This document shows, one piece after another, positions 50,680 through 58,680 of a stretch of DNA of 58,680 nucleotides. The translations under genes were made by a program, and so were the position numbers. This stretch comes from Candidatus Cloacimonadota bacterium. GTDB lineage: Bacteria > Cloacimonadota > Cloacimonadia > Cloacimonadales > JAMOQM01. The DNA is taken from the NCBI GenBank assembly GCA_027064005.1, contig JAMOQM010000030.1, forward strand, positions 1 through 58,680. Reading direction: 5' to 3'. The notes under the pieces were generated by a model that worked only from the letters and a program-made list of their open reading frames with translations, was not told the origin of the DNA and made no database searches. How positions within the stretch are numbered: position 1 is the stretch's first letter; each line of letters starts with the position of its first letter.

Positions 50680-51595
50680 GAAAAATTTAGCTCTAATCGG
50701 ATTGTTAGTTCTTTTAATTGTGGCTTATAAAATGTCACAAACAAAAGAAAAAATTGAAAAACAAATAGCTTTCTTTAAAGCTGATTCTACAACGATTTCT
50801 TCGTTTAAAATTTACGATAAAGACGATACTTTGAAAATTGCTAAAATGGGAACGGATTGGAAAATGGTTGAACCGGTAAATTATCCGGCTGATACTAAAA
50901 AAGTTAAAGATCTTATCGATTTGATTTCAACCGTAAGAACTTCTAATATTCCAATTGCAGAATCTAAGAATTCGTTATTAAAATATAATAGTGTAGATTC
51001 TCTGGGTACGAACATCATACTTTATGGTAAAAACGGCAAAGTAATTGAGCATGATATCATTAGTAGAGGTAAAGAATATAGCAAAAATTACGCTCGACAT
51101 ATCAAAAAATCGAAAATATATTTGCTTAATAAACCTATGATGTATCAAATAAAACCAATTGTCGGAAATTGGAGAGATTCAAAAGTATTTGAATATCCTC
51201 AATCCAAAATTGATCAAGTTGACGTAACTTACAAATTAAATACATATAAACTTGTTAATGCCGATACAACCTGGAAATATATTGATAGTGACAGAAATTT
51301 CAATATTCCACCAAAGAATTTCCACTTTATTCAATTATTCAACAGACTAAAAAATACATCTACTCACAGTTTTGTAGATAATCAATTCGACAAATATAAA
51401 TCGTTCTTCGATAAACCTGATTTATATGTGAAAATAAAAATGAAAAACGGTCAAAAATCATCTTTCAAAATTGCTAAAGTTGCTGAGAACAAATTTTTGC
51501 TTATGCGAGGAAATGAAACAAAAACATTGTTTAGCGTTCCCGCAACTTTGATAGATAAATTTACGATCGACGCAAATCATTTTCAAAGTAACTAA
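50672..51595 (+). CDS. DUF4340-like membrane-anchored protein
   Basis: 307 aa with an N-terminal TM segment. The start overlaps the gldG-like stop by 8 nt. It occupies the usual fourth position of GldA/F/G-type clusters. Confidence 0.45.
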   Translation: MNKKNLALIGLLVLLIVAYKMSQTKEKIEKQIAFFKADSTTISSFKIYDKDDTLKIAKMGTDWKMVEPVNYPADTKKVKDLIDLISTVRTSNIPIAESKNSLLKYNSVDSLGTNIILYGKNGKVIEHDIISRGKEYSKNYARHIKKSKIYLLNKPMMYQIKPIVGNWRDSKVFEYPQSKIDQVDVTYKLNTYKLVNADTTWKYIDSDRNFNIPPKNFHFIQLFNRLKNTSTHSFVDNQFDKYKSFFDKPDLYVKIKMKNGQKSSFKIAKVAENKFLLMRGNETKTLFSVPATLIDKFTIDANHFQSN

Positions 51596-51630
51596 AACTT
51601 AAAGACGAAGAAATTCGCCGTTATTTAGAA

Positions 51631-51672
51631 AGAGATTCAGTATCATTTTGATACTGAATCTCTTATTTATTA
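51631..51672 (+). terminator. Rho-independent terminator after the ABC/DUF4340 operon
   Basis: 14-bp stem agagattcagtatc/gatactgaatctct followed by tatttatt, 36 nt after the stop. Confidence 0.75.
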
Positions 51673-51842
51673 TCATGTCCTAATTTTTGATGCAAATTAA
51701 TTCAATTCCAGTTTGTTTCTTCAATGAATTAGCAAATGATTTTTTTACCAATTTCTCATCACTTTTAATTGTAAAATAATAATTCTGTTGACACCTAAAT
51801 CGCTGATTTTAAGTAGAATAAAAAAATAATTAAGGTGTATAA

Positions 51843-53033
51843 ATGTTTGTTTGGATAAGTTTTATAATTTCGTTTTCATTGCTGATATTTTTAGCTCGTA
51901 AAGAATTATGGTTGGCGTTATTTCTTGCCGGCTCAATTCTTGCTCTCACAAATTTGTCTTTATCTGAATATAAAATCTCAGTTATAGGCACAATAACCGA
52001 TCCTTCGATCATAATGTTAGCAATTGCTTTAGGTATAATTCCGTTTATCGGAGCAATCATGAATGAATCCGGAATGCTAAAAGAAATGATTGATAATTTG
52101 AAGATGAGTCGTCGGGTTTTCATGGCTTTTGCTCCATCGTTTATGGGATTATTACCGGTTCCCGGCGGAGCTTTATTATCTGCTCCAATGTTAGAATACG
52201 GTAAAGGCAAGGTAAATGATGTAGATATATCGGTTATTAATATTTGGTTTAGACATCTTTTGATTTTGATTTACCCTTTAAGCTCATTATTGGTTTGTAC
52301 GAAAATGGCAAATGTGGAAATATATTCTACAGTTTTTTATCTAATTCCCGGTTTTATTTTGATGTTAATTTTAGGATATCTGTTCTTTTTGAAAAAAATT
52401 AGCGGGGACTTATCAACCAATAAAAATCGGGATTTGAAGAAGATTATTTTTCCAACAACGATTATTTTGTCAGCACCTTTATTACATATTTTATTATTAA
52501 ATATTTTCCAACCAAAAGATCCGGAATCAGTACTTTTAATTGCGGTTTCATTCACATTTTTTCTTTTAATTTTTTGGGGTAAAGTTACTTTTCCCATCAT
52601 AAAGAAATCTTGGATAACTATCAAACCATGGAAATTTTCTTTACTTTTGATGATGATGTTTTACTTTATTCACATTTTTCAAAGAACCCAAATTGTTCAG
52701 GAAGTGGCAAATTTAACCTATCCAATGTATGTCCTAATTATCCCCATCACGTTCATTTTTTCATTTTTGACAGGTAGAATCCAGACAGCGGTCGCATTAA
52801 TTCTTCCAATCTTTTTTGCAAAATACGGTCAAGGTTCGATGACTCCGCAAATTTTTGCCATATTCTATTTTTCTATGTTTATCGGTTATATTATTTCACC
52901 TTTACATGTTTGTCTTTTGGTAACGATAGAGTATTTTAATGTTTCGATGAAAGATTTTTACAGACGGATTTATCCGGTAATTTTAATTTGTTTTATAGTT
53001 GTTTCGATGACAGCTTTTTTATATTTAAAGTAG
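51843..53033 (+). CDS. Polytopic inner-membrane protein of unknown function (possibly DUF401-like)
   Basis: 396 aa with ~10 hydrophobic segments and no catalytic motif that I recognise. Confidence 0.4.
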   Translation: MFVWISFIISFSLLIFLARKELWLALFLAGSILALTNLSLSEYKISVIGTITDPSIIMLAIALGIIPFIGAIMNESGMLKEMIDNLKMSRRVFMAFAPSFMGLLPVPGGALLSAPMLEYGKGKVNDVDISVINIWFRHLLILIYPLSSLLVCTKMANVEIYSTVFYLIPGFILMLILGYLFFLKKISGDLSTNKNRDLKKIIFPTTIILSAPLLHILLLNIFQPKDPESVLLIAVSFTFFLLIFWGKVTFPIIKKSWITIKPWKFSLLLMMMFYFIHIFQRTQIVQEVANLTYPMYVLIIPITFIFSFLTGRIQTAVALILPIFFAKYGQGSMTPQIFAIFYFSMFIGYIISPLHVCLLVTIEYFNVSMKDFYRRIYPVILICFIVVSMTAFLYLK

Positions 53034-53046
53034 TTTAGGAGTTTTT

Positions 53047-54180
53047 ATGAAATCAATTATGTGGGTTGCCGGAGAGAATTCCGGAGATTTACATTCTTCA
53101 ATGATATTAAGAGAATTAAAAAGACGCGGTAAAAATTATCGTTCGTTTGGAATTGGCGGTTTCCGAATGCAGTCAGAAGGATTTGAAGCTTTATTCCCTT
53201 TTAAAAAATTCAATGTTATGGGATTTGCAGAAGTTATAAAAGATATTTTTTTCTTTGGAAAAGTACAGCGAAATTTGTTAAATATTTTTAAAACCAATCC
53301 ACCTGATTTATTGATCTTGGTAGATTATCCGGGATTCAATTTGCGATTAGCTAAAAAAGCCTACGATTATAATTTTCCAATTTTGTATTATATTTGTCCT
53401 CAATTTTGGGCTTGGAAACATAATCGCGTTTATCAATTAAAAGAAAACACTAATTTTGTTTCCTGTATTTTACCATTTGAAGAAGAACTTTTAAGCATCC
53501 ATCAAGTTTCTTCCAAATATGTCGGTCATCCGATTGCAGAAGAAATTCAACTTTTATCAAATAAAGATGATTTTGCGGACTTCTTTCAATTAGATAAATC
53601 AAAAAAATGGTTGGGATTTTTTCCCGGTAGTCGCGATATGGAAATAAGCAGACTTCTCCCTGAATATTTAGAATCAATAAAACACTTTAATGAAGATGAA
53701 TATCAGTTTTTAATCTCAAAATCTCATACTGTGAATAAGAAACTTTTCTCCGATATTATCCAAAAATCAAAGATGAAAAATATTAAAATTATCGATGGTT
53801 ATAATTATGATATGATGAATCTTTGCGATTTTTTAGTGGTAACTTCCGGAACAGCAACTTTAGAAGCGGCAATGATTGGAACGCCTTTCATCATAGTCTA
53901 TAAAACTTCCCCTATTTCATATTTCATCGGTTCCAAAATTGTTAAGATAAAATATATCGGATTACCAAATCTTATTGCTGACAAATTGTTAGTCCCGGAA
54001 CTAATTCAAAGTGAAGCTAAAGGAGAAATAATCGCAGAAAATATCAAAAAATATCTTCAAGATTCTTCTCTTTATGAAAAAACTCAGAGCGAGTTGAGTA
54101 AAATTTCTCATCTCCTTGGCGATAAATCCGCTTCCAAAGAAATGGCTGATATTATAGAGGATTTATTGAATGAAAAATAA
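53047..54180 (+). CDS. lpxB: Lipid-A-disaccharide synthase
   Basis: 377 aa. N-terminal AGENSGDLH; DYPGFNL; C-terminal SGTATLEAAMIGTP. Confidence 0.85.
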   Translation: MKSIMWVAGENSGDLHSSMILRELKRRGKNYRSFGIGGFRMQSEGFEALFPFKKFNVMGFAEVIKDIFFFGKVQRNLLNIFKTNPPDLLILVDYPGFNLRLAKKAYDYNFPILYYICPQFWAWKHNRVYQLKENTNFVSCILPFEEELLSIHQVSSKYVGHPIAEEIQLLSNKDDFADFFQLDKSKKWLGFFPGSRDMEISRLLPEYLESIKHFNEDEYQFLISKSHTVNKKLFSDIIQKSKMKNIKIIDGYNYDMMNLCDFLVVTSGTATLEAAMIGTPFIIVYKTSPISYFIGSKIVKIKYIGLPNLIADKLLVPELIQSEAKGEIIAENIKKYLQDSSLYEKTQSELSKISHLLGDKSASKEMADIIEDLLNEK

Positions 54181-54787
54181 ACGGTTTAAAAAAATCAAAA
54201 AGAGAATTACATTTTTTTTGGAAAAATATTTCGGCTCAGCTCTATTGTTTATTCTCGGCTCAACTTGGAAGATTGAAGGATGTGATGAAGGAAAAGACTC
54301 CCCAAGGATTTATGCGTTTTGGCACCGAAATTTTTTGCCTTTACTTTATCGCCGGAGAAATGAGAAAATCGGCGTAATTGTTTCTAAATCAAAAGATGGA
54401 GAATTTGTTGCCGGTCCTTTAAAAGTATTTGGATTCAAACCTATTCGCGGTTCCTCAAGTAAAAATGGAGCCAACGCTGCCAAAAATATGATAAAATATG
54501 TAAAATCAAATCATGTGGGAATTACCCCGGACGGTCCCAAAGGTCCTATTTATGAAATAAAAGACGGATTGACTTTTATTGCCTATATTTCCAAAAAACC
54601 GATTGTTCCCATTTCAATGGAAATTGATAAAGAGTGGGTTTTAGGTTCTTGGGATAAATTTAGAATTCCCAAACCGTTTGCTAAAATCAAAATAACTTAT
54701 CATCAAAAAATCTATGTTAATTCTAAGGAAGAAATTAAATCGGCGAAGAATCTCATAAAAAATGCCCTGAACGAAGAAATTCTCTAA
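54170..54787 (+). CDS. DUF374-domain protein (lysophospholipid-acyltransferase-like, LPS-cluster associated)
   Basis: 205 aa. FWHRNFLP...SKSKDGEFVAGPLKVFGFKPIRGSSSKNGANA...ITPDGPKGP matches the DUF374 consensus as I recall it. Confidence 0.7.
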   Translation: MKNKRFKKIKKRITFFLEKYFGSALLFILGSTWKIEGCDEGKDSPRIYAFWHRNFLPLLYRRRNEKIGVIVSKSKDGEFVAGPLKVFGFKPIRGSSSKNGANAAKNMIKYVKSNHVGITPDGPKGPIYEIKDGLTFIAYISKKPIVPISMEIDKEWVLGSWDKFRIPKPFAKIKITYHQKIYVNSKEEIKSAKNLIKNALNEEIL

Positions 54788-54920
54788 TTTTTGATTATGA
54801 ATATTGAAATATGAAAATCAGCGATTTTAAAAACAGAATTTTGAGAAACTATTTTTGTAAATTCTCAAATCACCCCAAACCTTTCACCATAAGCTTTGTA
54901 CCTTTTTCTCACCTTAAATC

Positions 54921-54949
54921 TTGACATCTATCCAACAAAAAAATTATAC
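54921..54949 (+). promoter_or_regulatory. Sigma-70-type promoter of the selenium operon
   Basis: TTGACA (54921-26), a 17-nt spacer, then TTATAC (54944-49), ~20 nt upstream of the ATG at 54970. Confidence 0.5.
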
Positions 54950-54969
54950 AAAAAATAAAAAGGATTTTT

Positions 54970-56106
54970 ATGATTTACTTTGATAATGCTGCAACCTCTT
55001 TTCCAAAAGCTCCCGGAGTTGCGGAATCAATTTCCAAATTTATTTTAAATGATAGTGTTAATTCCGGTCGATCATCTTATCCGGCCTCACAAAGAACCGC
55101 CAGATTACTTTTCGATACTCGCGATAAATTAGCAGAATTACTAAATATTGAAGATAGTTCCGGAATTATTTTCACTGCAAATGCAACCGAATCATTAAAT
55201 ACCGTGATTTTTGGTACTTTAAATTCCGGAGATTTCGTTTTAACATCAAAAATGGAACATAATTCCGTGATGAGACCTTTAAGATATTTGGAATCAATAA
55301 ATACAATAAAATTGCTTCAATTCAATTCCAAAAAAGATTATTCTTTTGATTTGGAAGATTATAAACAAAAGTTAAAAATGAATCCTAAACTTGTCATTGT
55401 TACAGCTTGTTCAAATGTAACAGGAGCAATTTATCCTTTTTATGAAATGGCAAAATTAGCAAAGCAAAACGGAGCTTTATTTTGTTTAGATGCTTCTCAA
55501 TATATTGGAATGGACGAAATAGATGTTGAAAATTCAGAGATAGATTTTCTTTGTTTTTCCGGTCATAAAGGACTTTTAGGACCAATGGGAACCGGTGCTT
55601 TTTATATTAGGGAAGGTCTTGATATTCGTTCATTCAGATATGGAGGAACCGGAAGTAAATCTGATAAAGAATTCCAACCTGACTTTCTTCCTGACAAGTT
55701 TGAAAGCGGAACTATGAATTTGACGGGTATTTCCGGTTTGAATGCCGCCTTAGATTTCATCCAAAAAACTAAAATAAAAAATATTAGAAATAAGAAGAAA
55801 ACGCTTCTTAATTTTCTCATAAATGAATTAAAAAAAATAAAAAATATAGAATTATACTCACCTCTTGATATTGAGCATCAAATTGGTGTTTTATCGTTTA
55901 TCCCGAAAAATCTGAATATTTCAAATCTAACAAGGATTCTCGATAAAAAAGACATCGCGGTACGAATGGGTTTGCATTGTGCACCTTCAGCTCACAAAAT
56001 AATTGGTAGTTTTTCCAAAGGCGGAACGATTAGAATCAGCCCCGGATTTTTTACTACTGAAAATGAAGTTGAAGAGCTTATTAAAGTATTGCGAAATAAT
56101 ACCTAA
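54970..56106 (+). CDS. Class-V aminotransferase: cysteine desulfurase / selenocysteine lyase family protein
   Basis: 378 aa. PLP-lysine region FSGHKGLLGP, active-site Cys loop RMGLHCAPSAH, and a short N-terminus as in the selD-linked subfamily. Confidence 0.75.
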   Translation: MIYFDNAATSFPKAPGVAESISKFILNDSVNSGRSSYPASQRTARLLFDTRDKLAELLNIEDSSGIIFTANATESLNTVIFGTLNSGDFVLTSKMEHNSVMRPLRYLESINTIKLLQFNSKKDYSFDLEDYKQKLKMNPKLVIVTACSNVTGAIYPFYEMAKLAKQNGALFCLDASQYIGMDEIDVENSEIDFLCFSGHKGLLGPMGTGAFYIREGLDIRSFRYGGTGSKSDKEFQPDFLPDKFESGTMNLTGISGLNAALDFIQKTKIKNIRNKKKTLLNFLINELKKIKNIELYSPLDIEHQIGVLSFIPKNLNISNLTRILDKKDIAVRMGLHCAPSAHKIIGSFSKGGTIRISPGFFTTENEVEELIKVLRNNT

Positions 56107-56115
56107 GGAGGAAAA

Positions 56116-57150
56116 ATGAAAACAATAGAACTTACTAAATATACACGTTTTTCCGGTTGAGGAGCTAAACTCGGACCGGGAGTCCTAAATAAAGCTTTAT
56201 GTGGTTTGGAACAGCCAAATTATCCAAATTTAATTGGAGATTATCATAATTCGGAAGATGCAGGAATTTATAGAATTAATGACGAAACCGTTATTATTCA
56301 AACCGTAGATTTCTTTCCGCCGATTGTGAACGATCCTTTTGAATACGGTCAAATTGCAGCCGCAAATTCTCTCTCTGATATTTACGCGATGGGAGCAAAA
56401 CCAATTACCGCTCTCAGCATTGTATCTTTTCCAAAAAACAAGCTGAAAATTGAATATCTTAGAGAAATTCTTGCCGGTGGAATGGATAAATTGAAAGAAG
56501 CCAAAACCGCATTAGTTGGCGGACATAGTGTTGAAGATGATGAATTGAAATACGGATTATCAGTAACCGGAATTTCTCATCCAAATGATATTTGGAAAAA
56601 TAACGGCACAAAAGAAGGCGATATCATTATTATGACTAAAAAAATTGGTACCGGAATAATTAATACTGCTCTTCGTGCCGGATTTGCTTCGGAAGAATCA
56701 TTAAAAGAATCATCAAAACAAATGCGAGAATTGAATAAATATTCAGCTGATATTGCAAAGAAAATCGGTATTTCTTCTTGTACCGACGTAACCGGATTTG
56801 GTCTTATCGGCCATCTTTATGAGATGATTGATACCACAAATCTCAGTGCAATTCTTAATTTTGATGAGATTCCAATTCTCCCCGGAACAATTGATTATGC
56901 CCAAATGGCAATGATCCCGGAAGGCTCATACAACAATCGAGAATTTAGACAATCTTCTGTTAAAAATTACGATCAATTGTCTGATTTACAAATTGATTTG
57001 CTGTTTGACCCACAAACTTCCGGTGGATTACTCTTCTCAGTAAACGAAAATAAAGCCAACCTGCTTTTAAAAGAATTAATTGAAAATGGAATTGATGCTC
57101 ATATTATCGGTGAATTTGTCAAAGGAGATAATAAAATTGAAATTAAATGA
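56116..57150 (+). CDS. selD: Selenide, water dikinase (selenophosphate synthetase) SelD, itself a selenoprotein (UGA-Sec at codon 15)
   Basis: ATG 56116 with the SD aaggagg. An in-frame TGA at 56158-56160 lies in FSG-U-GAKLGPG, the Cys/Sec of the N-terminal glycine-rich loop (E. coli GCGCK). The track ORF 56206..57150 is the remainder. The gene ends with a genuine TGA stop at 57148-50. Confidence 0.9.
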
Positions 57151-57394
57151 TTATATCCTGACGTTTGAATCAACTCATAATGCTTTGGCTACTGAAAAAA
57201 TTCTTACAAAAAAGGATATTGAAGTTGAATTAATTCCTACTCCAAGAGAAATTTCTGCGGAATGTGGATTTACGCTTATTTTGGAAAAAATGGATTTACA
57301 AACAATTAAAGATAATACAAACCCTAAAATTTTAGGTGATATTTATATCATTATAAAAGAAGGTAAAAGGAAAAAATATGAGAAAGTTGATTGA
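57137..57394 (+). CDS. DUF3343-like small protein (putative Se/S carrier-associated)
   Basis: Probable TTG start at 57137 (SD aggag 9 nt upstream; overlaps the selD stop). YILTFESTHNALATEKIL...IPTPREISAECG fits the DUF3343 pattern usually found next to yedF. Confidence 0.55.
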   Translation: MKLNDYILTFESTHNALATEKILTKKDIEVELIPTPREISAECGFTLILEKMDLQTIKDNTNPKILGDIYIIIKEGKRKKYEKVD

Positions 57395-58010
57395 TTGTCG
57401 CGGAATGGCTTGCCCTCAACCGGTAGTTGAAACTAAAAAAATGTTAGATAAAAAAGAATCTAATCAATATGAATCTATTGTTGATAATAAAGCTGCAAGA
57501 GAAAATATTAAAAAATTCTGTAAAAGTTATGAAGCCGAGATTTCACAGATTATAGAAGAAAATGGTATTTATCGAATCTTCATCGAAACAAAAAATGATT
57601 TGGTTGTTAAAAATGATAAAGACGTTGATTTTAATTTATATCAATGTGAAATTCCGGAAATAAAAACAGGTAAACAAATAAAAAAAATATTCATTTCTAC
57701 AAATCAATTAGGTGTTGGTTCTGAAGAATTAGGTAAAAATCTGATGACTGGATTTATTTATACTTTGAATGAACTTGCGGTAAAACCTGAAATGATTTTA
57801 TTTATGAATTCCGGAGTTGAATTATGCCTAAAAAATGCACCTACTTTGAAAAGTTTGACTAAACTGTCCGAAAGCGGCGTAAAGATTCTCGTTTGCGGAA
57901 CTTGTTTGGATTACTATAATTATACTGCGGATTTGGGAGTTGGAAAAATTTCCAATATGTATGAAATAACAGAAAATTTGATGGATTCTAACTTTGTTCT
58001 GAAAATTTAG
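57378..58010 (+). CDS. yedF: Selenium-metabolism protein YedF (TusA/SirA-like N-domain + DsrE-like C-domain)
   Basis: 210 aa. N-terminal LIDCRGMACPQPV (TusA CPxP motif); glycine-rich NQLGVGSEELGKNLM; C-terminal VCGTCLDYY. Adjacent to selD. Confidence 0.75.
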   Translation: MRKLIDCRGMACPQPVVETKKMLDKKESNQYESIVDNKAARENIKKFCKSYEAEISQIIEENGIYRIFIETKNDLVVKNDKDVDFNLYQCEIPEIKTGKQIKKIFISTNQLGVGSEELGKNLMTGFIYTLNELAVKPEMILFMNSGVELCLKNAPTLKSLTKLSESGVKILVCGTCLDYYNYTADLGVGKISNMYEITENLMDSNFVLKI

Positions 58011-58680
58011 CCACCGATTTTATGAATAAACAGAAAAATAAAGAAAGAATATTTAACCACTGATAACACAGATAAACACGAACGAAGTTGTAGATCAAGC
58101 AGCTTGCTTGAGGTATTTTCCGATTGTACGAATTCGAAGAAAGATGATAACCTGATGATTGTCATTCCAGTGAAAAAAAATGATTGTCATTCCCGTGAAA
58201 ACGGGAATCTATTATCTTATTCGGAAAAATGACAACCGACCGGAAGACTAAAGAAAGACAAGATTTTAGCCACTGATAACACAGATGAACACGAACGGAG
58301 TTGTAGCTCAAGCAGCTTGCTTGAGGTATTTTTTCGATAGCACGAATTTGAAGAAAAACGATAACCGGATGATTGTCATTCCCGTGAAAACGGGAATCTA
58401 TTATCTTATTCGGAAAAATAACAACCGACCGGAAGACTAAAGAAAGAAAAGATTTAGCCACTGATAACACAGATGAACACGAACGGAGTTGTAGCTCAAG
58501 CAGCTTGCTTGAGGTATTTTCCGATTGTACAAATTTGAAGAAAAATGATCACCTGATGATTGTCATTCCTGTGAAAAAAAATGATTGTCATTCCCGTGAA
58601 AACGGGAATCTATTATCTTATTCGGAAAAATAACAACCGACCGGAAGACTAAAGAAAGAAAAGATTTAGCCACTGATAAC
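58011..58680. repeat. Tandem array of 188/212-bp units (at least 3 full units, truncated by the window end)
   Basis: Unit starts (agccactgataac) are at ~58055, 58268, 58456 and 58668, giving periods of 213, 188 and 212 nt. 58011-58054 looks like a truncated unit. Each unit has hairpin 1 (ctcaagca-gct-tgcttgag plus a T-run, e.g. 58307-58334) and hairpin 2 (attcccg-tgaaaa-cgggaat, e.g. 58378-58397). Long units carry an extra degenerate 25-nt copy (gtcattccNgtgaaaaaaaatgatt). Confidence 0.9.

Noticed and set aside
54841-54915. Possible third copy of the 13.3-kb mosaic element (the reverse strand reads ..cttatggtgaaaggtttggggtgattt.., reminiscent of ggtttatggtttt..ggaggggtaaatc)
   Set aside because: The similarity is limited to a few short words and could be chance in AT-rich DNA. 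No attcccg..cgggaat palindrome is present.
46809-56160. Global TGA reassignment (genetic code 4 or 25) as the explanation for the in-frame TGAs
   Set aside because: TGA terminates normal genes here (for example selD at 57148-57150). The two in-frame TGAs fall exactly on known Cys/Sec catalytic positions, which points to Sec recoding.
58162-58470. 102-aa minus-strand ORF inside the repeat array
   Set aside because: Its sequence is itself a duplicated translation of the repeat unit (..CLSLVFRSVVIFPNKIIDSRFHGNDNH.. occurs twice). It has no SD or start context, so it is most likely a by-product of the repeat.
58011-58680. Possible CRISPR array at the window end
   Set aside because: The period is 188-213 nt and consecutive units are near-identical over their whole length. 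There are no short repeats separated by unique spacers and no cas genes nearby.

Overview
AT-rich bacterial chromosomal window (roughly 30% GC by eye). I call 49 protein-coding genes. I recognised no rRNA or tRNA genes, no transposase or integrase, no CRISPR array and no defence genes. All product calls rest on motif and architecture recognition from the translations, because no database search was possible. The first ~39 kb is almost entirely minus-strand. It holds three secreted proteins with T9SS-type C-terminal domains, a trx-trxB pair, and an MlaD-like gene flanked by two paralogous ~1000-aa outer-membrane proteins (HExxH + PD40 propeller + barrel), one of them behind a near-consensus sigma-54 promoter. 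It also holds aroB, a WecA/GT4 glycan cluster and an 8-gene signalling operon (HDOD, CheY, CheZ-like, REC, 84-aa protein, REC-SHOCT, PAS histidine kinase, sigma-54 activator). The rest is a porin, a lipoprotein, ribE, recR, ybaB, a ppiD-like gene, an ABC exporter and ttcA. The remaining ~19 kb is plus-strand: hrcA-grpE-dnaK-dnaJ behind CIRCE-like elements, rsmE, two DMT proteins, a GldA/F/G-like ABC system with a DUF4340-like gene, lpxB with a DUF374 gene, and a selenium-utilisation operon. Three observations stand out. (1) Two genes that the ORF track splits or truncates are selenoproteins with in-frame UGA: a PrxU-type peroxiredoxin (46671..47282) and SelD (56116..57150). (2) The window ends in a tandem array of 188/212-bp units that starts at the yedF stop codon and runs off the edge; each unit carries two conserved hairpins, and one hairpin module recurs at 13.4 kb. 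(3) The receiver-rich CheY/CheZ/HDOD/sigma-54 operon has no CheA, CheW or MCP partners in view. The features (T9SS domains, Gld-like ABC system, Sec usage, low GC) fit an anaerobic FCB-group lineage such as Cloacimonadota, but that is inference only.
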